From contig DAOPOS010000001.1 of the NCBI GenBank assembly GCA_035358035.1, positions 101,909 through 165,908 of the forward strand: a stretch of DNA of 64,000 bases, written 5' to 3'. Shown one piece after another: positions 27,798 through 37,920 of this stretch. The notes beneath the pieces were generated by a model. The model was not told where the DNA came from. It worked only from the letters and a program-made list of their open reading frames with translations, and searched no databases. The translations under genes were made by a program, and so were the position numbers. Source of the DNA: Syntrophales bacterium (GTDB taxonomy: Bacteria; Desulfobacterota; Syntrophia; Syntrophales; UBA2251). Each line of letters starts with the position of its first letter. Position 1 is the stretch's first letter.

Positions 27798-30323
27798 ATG
27801 CACACGACGGCGAGCTCGACCCCCAGCCCGGAGAATACGCTCGGCAACCTGAACAGCCTGATGCGCTCGCTGCTCGCGGCCATCCCGCACGCGGTCATCG
27901 GCCTGAAGGACCGGCGCATCGTTTTCGCCAATTCCGCCGTCAAGACGGTCTTCGGCTGGCGGCCGGAAGAGCTCATCGGCCAGACGACCCGAATCCTGTA
28001 TCGCTCCGACCGCGACTACGAAGAGGTCGCGCGCCGCTTTTACCCCATCTTGGCCAACCGGAAAACCTACCAGGCGGAATTTCCCTGCCGCCGCAAGGAT
28101 CAGCGCGACATCACCTGCATGCTCAGCGCCGCCCGCGTCGGCAGCCGGCTCCGGGAGCGGATGATTATCGTGACCTACGAGGACATCACGCGCCGCCAGG
28201 AGGACCGCGAGGCCCTGCGGGAGAGCGAACAGTTCCTCAAGATGATCCTCTCGGGTTCGCCGATCGCCACCTTCGTCATCGGGCGCGACCACCGGATCAT
28301 GTTCTGGAACCGGGCCCTGGAGGAGCTGACGAAGATTCCCGCCCGCAAGGTCGTCGGCACCCGTCAGCAGTGGCGGGCCTTCTACCGGAGCCGCCGGCCC
28401 TGCATGGCCGACCTGATCGTCGACCAGGCCCACGAGACCATCGCCCGGTGGTACGCCGGGACGTTCAGCAAGTCCAACCTGATCGAGGACGCCTACGAGG
28501 CGACCGACCACTTCCCCGCGCTCGGGGAGGGGGGGAAGTGGCTTCACTTCACCGCGGCGGCGATCCGCAATTCCGAGGGGCAGCTCGTCGGGGCCATCGA
28601 AACCCTGGAGGACATCACTCAGCGCCAGAGCGCCGAAGAGGCCCTGCGGAAGGCCCACGAGCACCTGGAGCTGCGCGTCCAGGAGCGCACCGCCGCCCTG
28701 GCCCGGGTCAGCGACGCCCTGCAGGCGGAGCTGGCGGAGCGCCGGCGCGCCGAGGCGGCGCTGAAGCAGACGACCGACCAGTTGTCCCTGATCCTCGAAT
28801 CGCTCCCGATCGTGTCCTTTACCTGCCGGCCCCGGGGGCGGTACCCGTTCACGTTCGTCAGCAGCACGATCGAGGAGCTGACCGGCTATGCGCCCCGCCA
28901 GTTCCTGGAGAAGGCCGGCTTCTGGCAGGACCGCCTCCACCCGGACGACCGGTCCCGCGTCCTGGCCGAACTGAAGGCCGGCATGAAGAGCGGGACCCTG
29001 CACACCCGCTACCGCTTCCAGATCGCGGATGACGGCTATCGCTGGTTCTCCGACAACCGGCGCCTGATCACGCTTCCCGACGGCGCCTCCCAGCACATCG
29101 TCGGCGCCTGGCAGGACATCACCGAGGAAACGCGCATGCGCCAGGAGGCGGAACTGCGCATGCAGCAGATGATCCAGACCCACAAGCTGACGGCCTTGGG
29201 CGAGGTGGTCGCCGGCGTGGCGCACGAGATCAACAACCCGGTCAGCTTCATCGCCTACAACGCCCCGCTCCTCGAAGAGATCTGGTCGGTCCTGGAGCCG
29301 CTCCTGGCGGACCTGGGGCCCGGGCGGCGCGGCGGGAACGCGGGGAACCTCTCCTTCGAGGAGGTTTCCTCCAACATGCGCGAGATCATCGCGGCCCTCA
29401 AGATCTCCTCCAACCGCATCAGCCGCGTGATCGCGAGTCTCAAGGATTTCGCCCGCGCGGACGAGCCGACCAGGACGAAGCCCGTCCAGGTCAGCGAGGT
29501 CATCCAGGGCGCGCTCACGATCGTGGGCGCCCAGGTGCGCAAGACCGTCTCCCGGATCGAGCTGAACGTCGAGGACAACCTGCCGCTGCTCAGGGGGCAC
29601 TTCCAGAAGATCGAACAGGTCGTCACGAACCTGCTCATCAACGCCCACCAGGCCATGCCGCCCGGCCGCAAGGGCACGGTCCGGATCGTCGCCCGCCACG
29701 TGAGATCCCTGTCCGCCCTGGCGATCGAGATCGAGGACAACGGACGGGGCATGGAGCGGGAGGTCTTGAGCCACCTGTTCGACCCGTTCTTCACCACCCG
29801 CAGGGACTGGGGGGGGACGGGCCTGGGGCTTTCCATCTCCTATGGCCTGATCCGGGAGCACGACGGCCTGATCGGCGTCCTCTCCCGCCCGGGAATGGGA
29901 AGCCGCTTTCTCATCCTCCTGCCGCTGAACGGGCAGGCCAAGATCGAACTGCGGCCGGCCATGCTCTGCGTGGACCATGACCGCGGCTTCGTCAGCCGGT
30001 TGAAGGCGAATTTCGTGGACGCCGTCGAGTATCCCTTGACAAGCGATTGCCGTCCGGGGGATATTGTCGCCCATCTGCTGGAGCATCCCGAGATCGATCT
30101 GGTGCTGGCCGAAATCGACCTGCCCGGCGAGGGAGGCTGGGCCGTGCTGGACCAGATCAAGCGCCGCTTTCCCCTGCTGCCCGTCATCCTCTACTCCCGG
30201 CGGCAGGGGGCCGGCGAGCGAAAGCCGGAAGACGGCCCGCGGGCCGACTTCATCCTGAAAAAACCGTTCCGCATCGATCAGCTCCAGAAAATCATCCGCG
30301 AAACGGGGAGGCAGCGTTTATGA
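27798..30323 (+). CDS. Multi-PAS hybrid sensor histidine kinase with a C-terminal receiver domain
   Basis: Several PAS-like units. H-box AHEINNPVSFI. HATPase motifs (NLLINAHQA, DNGRGM, GGTGLGLSISYG). Receiver-like C-terminus (CVDHD...DLVLAEIDLPG...LKKPF). Confidence 0.85.
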   Translation: MHTTASSTPSPENTLGNLNSLMRSLLAAIPHAVIGLKDRRIVFANSAVKTVFGWRPEELIGQTTRILYRSDRDYEEVARRFYPILANRKTYQAEFPCRRKDQRDITCMLSAARVGSRLRERMIIVTYEDITRRQEDREALRESEQFLKMILSGSPIATFVIGRDHRIMFWNRALEELTKIPARKVVGTRQQWRAFYRSRRPCMADLIVDQAHETIARWYAGTFSKSNLIEDAYEATDHFPALGEGGKWLHFTAAAIRNSEGQLVGAIETLEDITQRQSAEEALRKAHEHLELRVQERTAALARVSDALQAELAERRRAEAALKQTTDQLSLILESLPIVSFTCRPRGRYPFTFVSSTIEELTGYAPRQFLEKAGFWQDRLHPDDRSRVLAELKAGMKSGTLHTRYRFQIADDGYRWFSDNRRLITLPDGASQHIVGAWQDITEETRMRQEAELRMQQMIQTHKLTALGEVVAGVAHEINNPVSFIAYNAPLLEEIWSVLEPLLADLGPGRRGGNAGNLSFEEVSSNMREIIAALKISSNRISRVIASLKDFARADEPTRTKPVQVSEVIQGALTIVGAQVRKTVSRIELNVEDNLPLLRGHFQKIEQVVTNLLINAHQAMPPGRKGTVRIVARHVRSLSALAIEIEDNGRGMEREVLSHLFDPFFTTRRDWGGTGLGLSISYGLIREHDGLIGVLSRPGMGSRFLILLPLNGQAKIELRPAMLCVDHDRGFVSRLKANFVDAVEYPLTSDCRPGDIVAHLLEHPEIDLVLAEIDLPGEGGWAVLDQIKRRFPLLPVILYSRRQGAGERKPEDGPRADFILKKPFRIDQLQKIIRETGRQRL

Positions 30324-31678
30324 GAATTCTGGTCGTCGATGACGAAGCCCTCGCCCTGACATCCGTCCAGCGGCTGCTGCGCTGGCGGGGCTACCCGGAC
30401 GTGGAGATCTGCGACAGCGGCCGCGAGGCGATCCGGAAGATCCGGGAAGAGGCGTTCGACATCGTCATCCTCGACCTCCTGATGCCCGAGGTGGACGGCA
30501 TGCAGGTCCTCGAGGCGACCAAACCCTATCGCCCCGAGACGGAATTCATCATCCTGACCGCGGTGGACGACATCCCCACGACGGTGCGGGCCATTCGTCT
30601 GGGCGCCTACGATTATCTGGTCAAGCCCACGGAAAACGAACTGCTGCTCCTGTCGGTGGAACGGGCCTATGAGCACAAGGGGCTGGTGGCCGGACTGTCG
30701 GCCTCCGTCCGGAAGGCGCCGGCGGAGATGCCCCCGGCCTTCTCCGAAACGGTCACCCGCCATCCCCAGATGATCTCCCTGATCTCCTACGCCCAGGTCA
30801 TGGCGCGGAGCGGGAACCCCATCCTGATCACCGGGGAATCGGGAACGGGCAAGGAACTGATCGCCCGCGGCATCCACCGGGCCGGACCCCGGCCGGAAGG
30901 ACCGTTCGTCGCCGTCAACGTCTCCGCCATCCCGGCCCCCATGTTCGAGAGCCAGTTCTTCGGCCACACCCGCGGGGCCTTCACCGGCGCGGAAACGAAC
31001 CACACGGGGTATTTCGCCCAGGCCGACGGGGGGGCGCTGTTTCTGGATGAAATCGGCAACCTCCCCTTCGATCTGCAGGCCAAGCTCCTGCGCGTCCTCG
31101 AGGAGAAGTCCTTCGTGCCCCTGGGGGGAACCCGGCCGGTGCGGGTGGAGGTGCGGATTGTCTCCGCGACCAATACCGATCTCGACCAGGCCTGCCGGGA
31201 GGGGCGTTTCCGTCTGGACCTGCTCTACCGCCTCAAGCCGGTCCAGATCCACCTGCCCCCGCTGCGGGAGCGCACCGACGACATTCCGCTCCTGGCCTCC
31301 CATTTTCTGGCCCAGGCCGCCGAGCGCCACGGCCGGGACGTCCGGAGCTTCAGCCCCGAGGCGATGGACCTGCTGATGCGCCGGGACTATCCGGGCAACA
31401 TTCGGGAGCTGGCCCAGGTCGTCGAAAACGCCGTGCTCCTGGCCGAGTCGAGCGTCATTCTGCCCCACCACTTAGGCGCGACGAGCCCCCAGCCGTCCCT
31501 GTTCGCCCGCCGCCTGAACACGCTCAAGGACAACACCGACACCCACATCGCCTATGTCCTCGCCCATACCCGGGGGAATCGCCGCCAGGCCGCCGAGATC
31601 CTGGGGGTCACGGTCCGTCAGCTCCAGCGCCAACTGGCCCGGATGAAGCGGGATCCCCGCTGGGAAGGGCAGATTTGA
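30320..31678 (+). CDS. Sigma-54-dependent response regulator (NtrC family)
   Basis: Receiver domain (MRILVVDDE...DIVILDLLMPEVDG...KP). AAA+ sigma-54 interaction domain (GESGTGKE, GAFTGA, ...). Fis-type HTH (NRRQAAEILGVTVRQLQRQL). The start overlaps the kinase stop as ATGA. Confidence 0.9.
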   Translation: MRILVVDDEALALTSVQRLLRWRGYPDVEICDSGREAIRKIREEAFDIVILDLLMPEVDGMQVLEATKPYRPETEFIILTAVDDIPTTVRAIRLGAYDYLVKPTENELLLLSVERAYEHKGLVAGLSASVRKAPAEMPPAFSETVTRHPQMISLISYAQVMARSGNPILITGESGTGKELIARGIHRAGPRPEGPFVAVNVSAIPAPMFESQFFGHTRGAFTGAETNHTGYFAQADGGALFLDEIGNLPFDLQAKLLRVLEEKSFVPLGGTRPVRVEVRIVSATNTDLDQACREGRFRLDLLYRLKPVQIHLPPLRERTDDIPLLASHFLAQAAERHGRDVRSFSPEAMDLLMRRDYPGNIRELAQVVENAVLLAESSVILPHHLGATSPQPSLFARRLNTLKDNTDTHIAYVLAHTRGNRRQAAEILGVTVRQLQRQLARMKRDPRWEGQI

Positions 31679-31912
31679 TAGGCGGAAACGCAAATAAACC
31701 TTGACATTCCCGTCGGAGAAGCCTACAAGGGCGCAGTTTTTAGAGCCGGTTTTGGTCCACGATGTTCCCCAGAGCCTGTCCAGAGGCCGCTGGGGATTTT
31801 TTTTGGTCTCTTCCGGGAACATCCCGATGCTTAATGGGAAAACGGCAACAGGCGGACCCGGGGTCCGGAAGGTTGCCAAAAAAAGAAGAAAGAAAATGAA
31901 GGTGATTTTTTA

Positions 31913-33202
31913 ATGGCGTTTCAATCGTTCAATTTCCACTCACAGATCGCAGACGGAATCGCGGCGGCCGGCTATACAACGCCCACGCCGATTCAACGGG
32001 AATGCATTCCGTCCATCCTCGCCGACCGTGACGTCATGGGCCTTGCCCAGACCGGCACCGGGAAAACGGCCGCCTTCGCGCTGCCCATCCTGCAGCGCCT
32101 GATCACGGGCCCGCGCAAACACGTCCGGGCGCTCATCATCGCGCCCACCCGGGAACTGGCGGAGCAGACCCACGAAGCCCTGCTTCAACTGGGACGAAAG
32201 ACGAGGCTCCGGAGCATGACCGTTTACGGCGGCGTGAACAAGAACCCCCAAATCTCGAGACTGCGCGACGGCGCCGAGATCGTCGTCGCCTGCCCGGGGC
32301 GCCTGATCGACCTGATGGATCAGGGCGTCATGGATGTCTCCCGCGTGGAGGTGCTCGTTCTGGACGAGGCCGACCGCATGTTCGACATGGGATTTCTGCC
32401 GGATATCCGCAAGATCGTCCGGAGGCTGCCCGCCAAGCGCCAGACGCTTCTGTTTTCCGCCACGATGCCCGACGACATCCGTCGCCTGGCCCAGGAAGTC
32501 CTGCACCAGCCCGTCACGATCCGCGTGGACGATACCGTCCCCTTGTCCACGGTTTCCCACGCCCTCTATCCCGTGGAGGCGCACCTGAAGACCCCGCTCC
32601 TGATGAAGCTGCTCAAAAGCACGGATACGGAGTCCGTCCTCGTGTTCACGCGCACGAAGCACCGCGCGACGCGCCTTGCCCGGCAAATGACCCAGGCCGG
32701 ATTTGCGGCCGCCTCTCTGCAGGGGGATCTGCCGCAGAACAAGCGGCAGGCGGCGCTCAGCGGTTTCCGCAGCGGCGCCTGTCAGATCCTGGTGGCCACC
32801 GACATCGCCGCCCGCGGCATCGACGTCTCCCGGATCTCGCACGTGATCAATTACGATATGCCCGACACCGTCGAGGCCTACACGCACCGCATCGGCAGGA
32901 CCGGCCGGGCCGCAAGGACGGGGGACGCCTTCACGTTCGTCACCCGCGAAGAGCGGGCCCTGGTGTGGCCCATCGAAAAGGTATTGGGGGAACCCCTGGA
33001 GAAACGGACGCTGCGGGACTTCGATTACAGCCTCCCGGCCCCGGCGGTCCGCAGCGGGGATGACCATCCCCGGAGTACGTCGGGCAGAACCGGATCCGCG
33101 GCGCCGCGGAGGTCATCCGCCTCGTCGCGCACGCTGGCCGGCTTCCCCGGACTGCACGCCGGCCTCGGACGCAGGCCGGGGAAAAAGACCGCCAGCCGCT
33201 GA
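31913..33202 (+). CDS. rhlE: DEAD-box ATP-dependent RNA helicase
   Basis: Q-motif TPTPIQ, AQTGTGKT, PTRELA, DEAD (VLDEADRM), SAT, HRIGRTGR. Basic C-terminal tail. Confidence 0.9.
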   Translation: MAFQSFNFHSQIADGIAAAGYTTPTPIQRECIPSILADRDVMGLAQTGTGKTAAFALPILQRLITGPRKHVRALIIAPTRELAEQTHEALLQLGRKTRLRSMTVYGGVNKNPQISRLRDGAEIVVACPGRLIDLMDQGVMDVSRVEVLVLDEADRMFDMGFLPDIRKIVRRLPAKRQTLLFSATMPDDIRRLAQEVLHQPVTIRVDDTVPLSTVSHALYPVEAHLKTPLLMKLLKSTDTESVLVFTRTKHRATRLARQMTQAGFAAASLQGDLPQNKRQAALSGFRSGACQILVATDIAARGIDVSRISHVINYDMPDTVEAYTHRIGRTGRAARTGDAFTFVTREERALVWPIEKVLGEPLEKRTLRDFDYSLPAPAVRSGDDHPRSTSGRTGSAAPRRSSASSRTLAGFPGLHAGLGRRPGKKTASR

Positions 33203-33277
33203 TTCGACGGCGCACCCGCGGGGAAAGACGACCGGGGCCGGAATCCGGATCCCTCCCCGGCCGGACCGGCCGGTCCG

Positions 33278-35494
33278 TCATTTTCCCCCGCGGGAGCTCG
33301 CGTCGCCGCCCCCTCCCGCGAGCGCCGCAACGGTCTCCCGCGCGTCCCCGGTCAGGAAGGCCCACAGGCCGAGGTCCTTGAGGGTCTCGACCGTGGGGAT
33401 GCCGTCGGGGGTCCAGCCCCGCGTCCGGTAATAGACTCCGATCAATTCCCTCAGCTGTTCCTTGCGCGCCTGCATGAGGAGCGACCGCTTCTCGGCCGTG
33501 GACATCTCCCGGACCCGCTCCGGCGACTGCCCCGGCAGGCGGGCGAGCTCCGCGTCGTTGAAGTCTCCCTCGGCCTCGTAGAGGGCGTCGTCGGTCGGGC
33601 CGATGGCCCGGTCGGGGATCCAGTCCCGCGACCCCGTCCCCGCGCCGTACGTCATCACGTTCATCACCCGCTGCAGGTTGATGTCCCGGTCGGTGCGCGC
33701 GAAGATCTCCTCCCACGTCAGGTCCGTCCCCAGCATCCCGTTGTAGAAGTCCGCGTAGAGGGCCTGGGAGGCGGGATTGATGAACTTGTCCCCCTCGGTC
33801 ACCTTTTCCGAGTCGGGGTTGAAGACGTCGACCCAGGGGAGCTTGCACAGCCCGAGGTTGTCGTTGCCGAGGCGGACGCGCGGGTAGGTGATGAGCGCGC
33901 GAGCCTTGTCCTGCAGGGTCGGGAAGGCGCCCAGGAGATCCACCTTGATGAGCCAGGCGGCGGCGTGATGCGCCCCGATGTCGCTCGCGGCCGCGTAGGA
34001 GCCCTGCATCGACAGTGAGCGGTGGGTCCGGTAGAGGGAAAAGGGCAGCCCCTTCGTCTGCATGGCGAAGCGCGCCAGGTCCGGACGGGGATCGGCCTTT
34101 CCCGTTTTCTGCATGAATTTTTCGGCCACCCAGTCCACGAGCGGCTGCATCCCCCGGCCCGCCGCCCGCGCGAGGTCCGTCTCCCCGTAGGCGATCCGGC
34201 GCAGGAATTCCAGGACGGACGGCTCGTTCCCCCAGGTCAGTTCGAGGCCGTCGGCGTCGTCCGCGCCCAGGTAGCCCCGCTGGAAGCACTCCATCAGGAA
34301 GGCGATGAGCACCGCGGCCGTGATCGTGTCGATCCCGTAGTTGTCGCAGTGCCAGTTGGCCTCCATGATGAACTCGGCGTTCCACATGCCGAGGTTGGAG
34401 CCGAAGCCCGCGGCGGTTTCGTACTCGGGGCCGTCCACCCACACGGTGCGGCCCTTGTGGTCCCCGTAGGTCAGGGTTACCCGGCCGCCCTTGGTGCATC
34501 GGAGATTGCAGCCCGGGAAGCACCCGTCCATGCCCCGGTGGTCGAAGAGGTGCTCCGCGTAGAACTTCCCCGTGATCCGGTCCGCCCGGGGATCGGAGCC
34601 CAGCTGGTAGTTGTTCACGGGCAGGGACTGGTATTCCGGCTTGCTCATGAAGGCGATGAGGCCCGCGCTTCCCTTGCGGTACATCTTGAGCGACTGCGGA
34701 TCGACGTCGCGGACAACCTGCCCCAGCTTCGTCCCCGCCTGCTTCACCTTCTCCCAGTCGGCGGCGCCGTAGGGGTTGGCGCCCCGGGGGAACTCGGCCA
34801 GGACCACCACGGCCCGGATGTTCTTGTCCATCATCACGGTCCCGAGCCCCGTCCGTCCCGCCTGCTTCACCCGGAAGAGGCCCTTGGCCCCGTCCACGGG
34901 CTTGGCCGCGTCAAAATAGTGGCTGTTGATGCAGCCGTAGCGGGTGTGGGCGGCGCCGACGCCCGTCGTCAGGAAGACGATGTTCCTGCGCTCGTGACCC
35001 GCCCGGACGAAGCGATCGACGATCATCCGTTCCGCGTCGAAGACCTCGTCCACCGCCGGCGCGTCCGTGAGGGAGATCTCCCGGCGGAACCCGTCGATGA
35101 CGATCATGACGCCCGCGGAGGCCTTCCCGACGATCTCGAGGGCGTCGAACCCGGCGTACTTGAGGTAGGCGCCGAAATAGCCGCCGAAGTTCGAGACGCC
35201 GGGGATGCCCGTCAGCGGGGAGAGCGAGATGGCCATGCACTTGCTCGTGCCCGGGAACTGCGGGATGCCGCCCAGCGGACCGGGGGCGAAGATCAGGGGG
35301 TTTTCGGGGGCGTCGGGGGTCGTCCGGGGGGTGAGGCGGCGGTGCAGGAGGTAGAGGCCGAGCCCGCGCCCGCCGATAAAATAATCCCGGATCTCGGGGT
35401 CCAGCTCCGGCGTCTCGACGCTGCGGCGATCGAGGTCGATCGTCAGGAGCTTTCCGGCGTAGCCGTGCGCCAGTGCGGATCGGGTGTAGTTCAT
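33278..35494 (-). CDS. Aldehyde:ferredoxin oxidoreductase family protein (tungstopterin enzyme)
   Basis: The N-terminus YAGKLLTIDL...GGRGLGLYLL is AOR-like, and the AOR domain 2/3 pattern runs through the body. ATG at 35494 follows GGAAGGAAC; the track starts at 35581. At 738 aa it is longer than classical AORs. Confidence 0.85.
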   Translation of the reverse strand: MNYTRSALAHGYAGKLLTIDLDRRSVETPELDPEIRDYFIGGRGLGLYLLHRRLTPRTTPDAPENPLIFAPGPLGGIPQFPGTSKCMAISLSPLTGIPGVSNFGGYFGAYLKYAGFDALEIVGKASAGVMIVIDGFRREISLTDAPAVDEVFDAERMIVDRFVRAGHERRNIVFLTTGVGAAHTRYGCINSHYFDAAKPVDGAKGLFRVKQAGRTGLGTVMMDKNIRAVVVLAEFPRGANPYGAADWEKVKQAGTKLGQVVRDVDPQSLKMYRKGSAGLIAFMSKPEYQSLPVNNYQLGSDPRADRITGKFYAEHLFDHRGMDGCFPGCNLRCTKGGRVTLTYGDHKGRTVWVDGPEYETAAGFGSNLGMWNAEFIMEANWHCDNYGIDTITAAVLIAFLMECFQRGYLGADDADGLELTWGNEPSVLEFLRRIAYGETDLARAAGRGMQPLVDWVAEKFMQKTGKADPRPDLARFAMQTKGLPFSLYRTHRSLSMQGSYAAASDIGAHHAAAWLIKVDLLGAFPTLQDKARALITYPRVRLGNDNLGLCKLPWVDVFNPDSEKVTEGDKFINPASQALYADFYNGMLGTDLTWEEIFARTDRDINLQRVMNVMTYGAGTGSRDWIPDRAIGPTDDALYEAEGDFNDAELARLPGQSPERVREMSTAEKRSLLMQARKEQLRELIGVYYRTRGWTPDGIPTVETLKDLGLWAFLTGDARETVAALAGGGGDASSRGGK

Positions 35495-35627
35495 CTCCAC
35501 GGTTCCTTCCGGCGGTCGCCGTTGCGCGGGGCGGCCGCCATCGATACTCCGGCGGTCTTCACCGCCGGGACCGGGAACCATAGGATAAAAGAAGCGCGCT
35601 TGTCAATATCTTATCTTGCAATTTCGG

Positions 35628-36533
35628 CTATTTCACGGTGTACCCGCGACCGTCCAGACAGGCGGTCATCGCCCGCGAGTAGTCCGGGCGTTTCTCGGCG
35701 CTCGCGCCTTCGGCGGCCTCACCGGCCGGCTGCCGCGGGTCGTAGCCCGTCTGTTCCACCGCCCAGCCGTGGCACGCCTCCCGGTCCTCCGCCTGTTGCG
35801 CCTCGCTCTGGCCGAGGCGGGGATAGATGAACAACCGGTCGGCCGGCGTCGGCCGGCCCACCTCCCCCTTCGGAGGCTCGACGACGGCATAGCCGTCCCC
35901 CCGGTGGGCGTAATAGACCTCGTTGGCGTAGTAGTAGGGTGCGCCGCCCACCCAGACCGTCACGTAGGACGACGGCAGGAAGGGCACCACGAGCCCGATC
36001 GGCGGCATGGTGACGATGAAGCGCAGCCCCTGCGGCAGATACCAGACGCCCCCGGAAAGGAAGAACCGAATCCCGTGGTGCATCACGCTCCAATGGTCGT
36101 GCGGCAGCGCCGTCCTGAACTGGCCCCGGACGGGATAGAGGCGGTTGTGGTCGTAGCGCGCGTCCCGGTATTCGCGGAACCGCGGGGTCGCGACGAACGG
36201 TCTCGGCGGCGGCGTTCCGATTCTTGGCGCCGGGCCGGGGGTGCGGATGCCGGGCCGGGCGGGCGGCGCCTCTGCGTCCCTGAACCGGGGCGAGCGTTGC
36301 GGACGCTCTGCCGGGGACGTTATGCGCGTCTCCCGGCCCCGGGAGTCGAACGGGCCTTGCTGACGCAGATTCAACGGTGAGGCACGCATTTCCCCGCCGG
36401 GGCCTCCCCGCGGACGGTCCCCGAACGGGCCCGCCTGCGCCGACGGCACGGCGGCAAAAAGAACGGCCAGCGCAAACAGGACCAGCATCAGGCCGAGGAC
36501 TGGAATTGGCTTTCTGGGGTGAAACGGTTTCAT
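35628..36533 (-). CDS. Exported protein of unknown function
   Basis: Signal peptide (PVLGLMLVLFALAVLFAAVPSAQA), a Pro/Arg/Gly-rich middle, and a conserved-looking C-terminus with two Cys (DREACHGWAV...MTACLDGRGYTVK). Confidence 0.55.
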   Translation of the reverse strand: MKPFHPRKPIPVLGLMLVLFALAVLFAAVPSAQAGPFGDRPRGGPGGEMRASPLNLRQQGPFDSRGRETRITSPAERPQRSPRFRDAEAPPARPGIRTPGPAPRIGTPPPRPFVATPRFREYRDARYDHNRLYPVRGQFRTALPHDHWSVMHHGIRFFLSGGVWYLPQGLRFIVTMPPIGLVVPFLPSSYVTVWVGGAPYYYANEVYYAHRGDGYAVVEPPKGEVGRPTPADRLFIYPRLGQSEAQQAEDREACHGWAVEQTGYDPRQPAGEAAEGASAEKRPDYSRAMTACLDGRGYTVK

Positions 36534-36909
36534 CGTGATTTCCTCCCGCATCGTTTGAAAATCCCTGCTTTCTGTCCATCATGCAGCAAAGGGCGTGCCG
36601 ACCGGCGGGTTGTTCTTGTAACACATCGATATCCAATTGCAATCACATCATGGCACGCCTTCCGGCAGAGCCGCGGAAAAAGGGCGCCCTGGTCGGGAAG
36701 TATCCACTTCTCCGACGGCAACCGCAAACAAAATATCCGGCCTGGGGCCTTACATTCAAAAGCTGAAAAAAGGTTTCTCCACACTTAATCACCGACACGG
36801 TCTGGATCGGCTCCGGAATCTGGCTCTAGAGGACCAATCGTCAGGGACGCGGGTTAAAGCCGGGGCCATGAACACGCAAAGACGACAGGCAGGAAGAGGC
36901 AACCGCAAG

Positions 36910-37083
36910 TCACCAGACCGATAGAGGCGGAGAAGATCGCTGCGACTGGGAAAGTCGGTACAGAAAACGCTCGATCGCGTAATATTGGAACAGTTCGTTG
37001 AAGGGCCGGCCGGATTCTTTTGCCCTGTCAAGCAGGCGTTGATGAATGGAAGCGGCAATGTTGCGTGGGCGGGGATTCGTCAC
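36910..37083 (-). pseudogene. N-terminal fragment of an AbiEii/AbiGii-type nucleotidyltransferase toxin
   Basis: From GTG 37083: VTNPRPRNIAASIHQRLLDRAKESGRPFNELFQYYAIERFLYRLSQS matches the characteristic AbiEii (DUF1814) N-terminus. It then degenerates (QRSSPPLSVW*) after about 50 aa. No AbiEi partner is present. Confidence 0.55.
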
Positions 37084-37758
37084 AGCGTCGCCTCCAGATA
37101 CCCGCCTGTGCCACGTCCCATCCCGATTGTGGATTACAAGGTCGTTCAACAGGCCGTGACGGCCGCGGTGGCCAATGGAACACTGTGGCTTGTCTACGGC
37201 AACGACAGCGTGTTTAAAGAAAAACCGACAGCCATCCAACTGGATGCGGATGCGGTTCTCTACCGACCGCCGCAGCCTTTGCCCGGGATCGATTTCCTGC
37301 CGCCCCGTTTGCCGGAAGCCTGGACAAAGGAAACCGAACCCAAAACGAGTGTGGAAAAGCTCTATGCCGAGATCAAGGCGAAGTTTGGGAAGCCCTGGCC
37401 CGAAACACTCTTTCTGGAGGGGCTCAACGCCGCCCTGGCACAGGGGTTCATTGCACGGGTTTCCGGAAAAGGGCCGCTGACCTCATTGACCCACGATGGC
37501 GCCTGTTGTCTCGTCATCAAGGTGGAAGTGCCACCACCACCACCGCCACCATCACAGGATCGCCGGATGACAAACATGACAAAACTGTCTGTTCAAGAAG
37601 TTCAGACCTTGGCTGAAGAGATGCCGGACCTTGCCAAATCTCTGGTTGGTTGTGATCTTGTCGTAGAGGCGCGGATCAGCATCAAACCCAAGCCGGATGC
37701 CGACCTAGCGACTGCGGAGGAGATTCTGGCCAGGATCAAGAAGGAATGGAGGTTCTGA
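36985..37758 (+). CDS. Hypothetical protein, probably a 5'-truncated remnant of a larger gene
   Basis: The first approx 100 nt of the ORF are antisense to the AbiEii fragment. The protein-like sequence starts at about 37090 with no RBS there. It has two globular-looking parts joined by a P7 linker. No family recognised. Confidence 0.4.
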   Translation: MEQFVEGPAGFFCPVKQALMNGSGNVAWAGIRHSVASRYPPVPRPIPIVDYKVVQQAVTAAVANGTLWLVYGNDSVFKEKPTAIQLDADAVLYRPPQPLPGIDFLPPRLPEAWTKETEPKTSVEKLYAEIKAKFGKPWPETLFLEGLNAALAQGFIARVSGKGPLTSLTHDGACCLVIKVEVPPPPPPPSQDRRMTNMTKLSVQEVQTLAEEMPDLAKSLVGCDLVVEARISIKPKPDADLATAEEILARIKKEWRF

Positions 37759-37796
37759 GAGCCTATGAGTTCGTAGGGAAAATCTGAGAAAAAGCC

Positions 37797-37839
37797 TTGA
37801 CAAACCCCCTTTGTGGTATTATTGATACCACATGTGGTA
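37797..37839 (+). promoter_or_regulatory. Promoter with an overlapping operator-like repeat for the XRE/ImmA operon
   Basis: TTGACA at 37797-37802, 17-nt spacer, TATTGA at 37820-37825. TGTGGTA (37812-37818) and its complement TACCACA (37826-37832) bracket the -10 element. A third TGTGGTA follows directly at 37833-37839. Confidence 0.45.
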
Positions 37840-37920
37840 AGAATTAAACCACGGACACGGAATGAAGGAGGGAGAAAGAAACGAAATGGTGGGAGGTTTA
37901 CCAAGAAAGGGGGAGGGGCG

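Noticed and set aside
36840-36875. GACGCGGGTTAAAGCCGGGGCC resembles a tRNA T-arm (GGTTCGAATCC-like) at the left edge of island 2. It could be an att/tRNA remnant.
   Set aside because: No complementary stem, acceptor arm or anticodon arm can be drawn, and there is no matching repeat at the other island edge.
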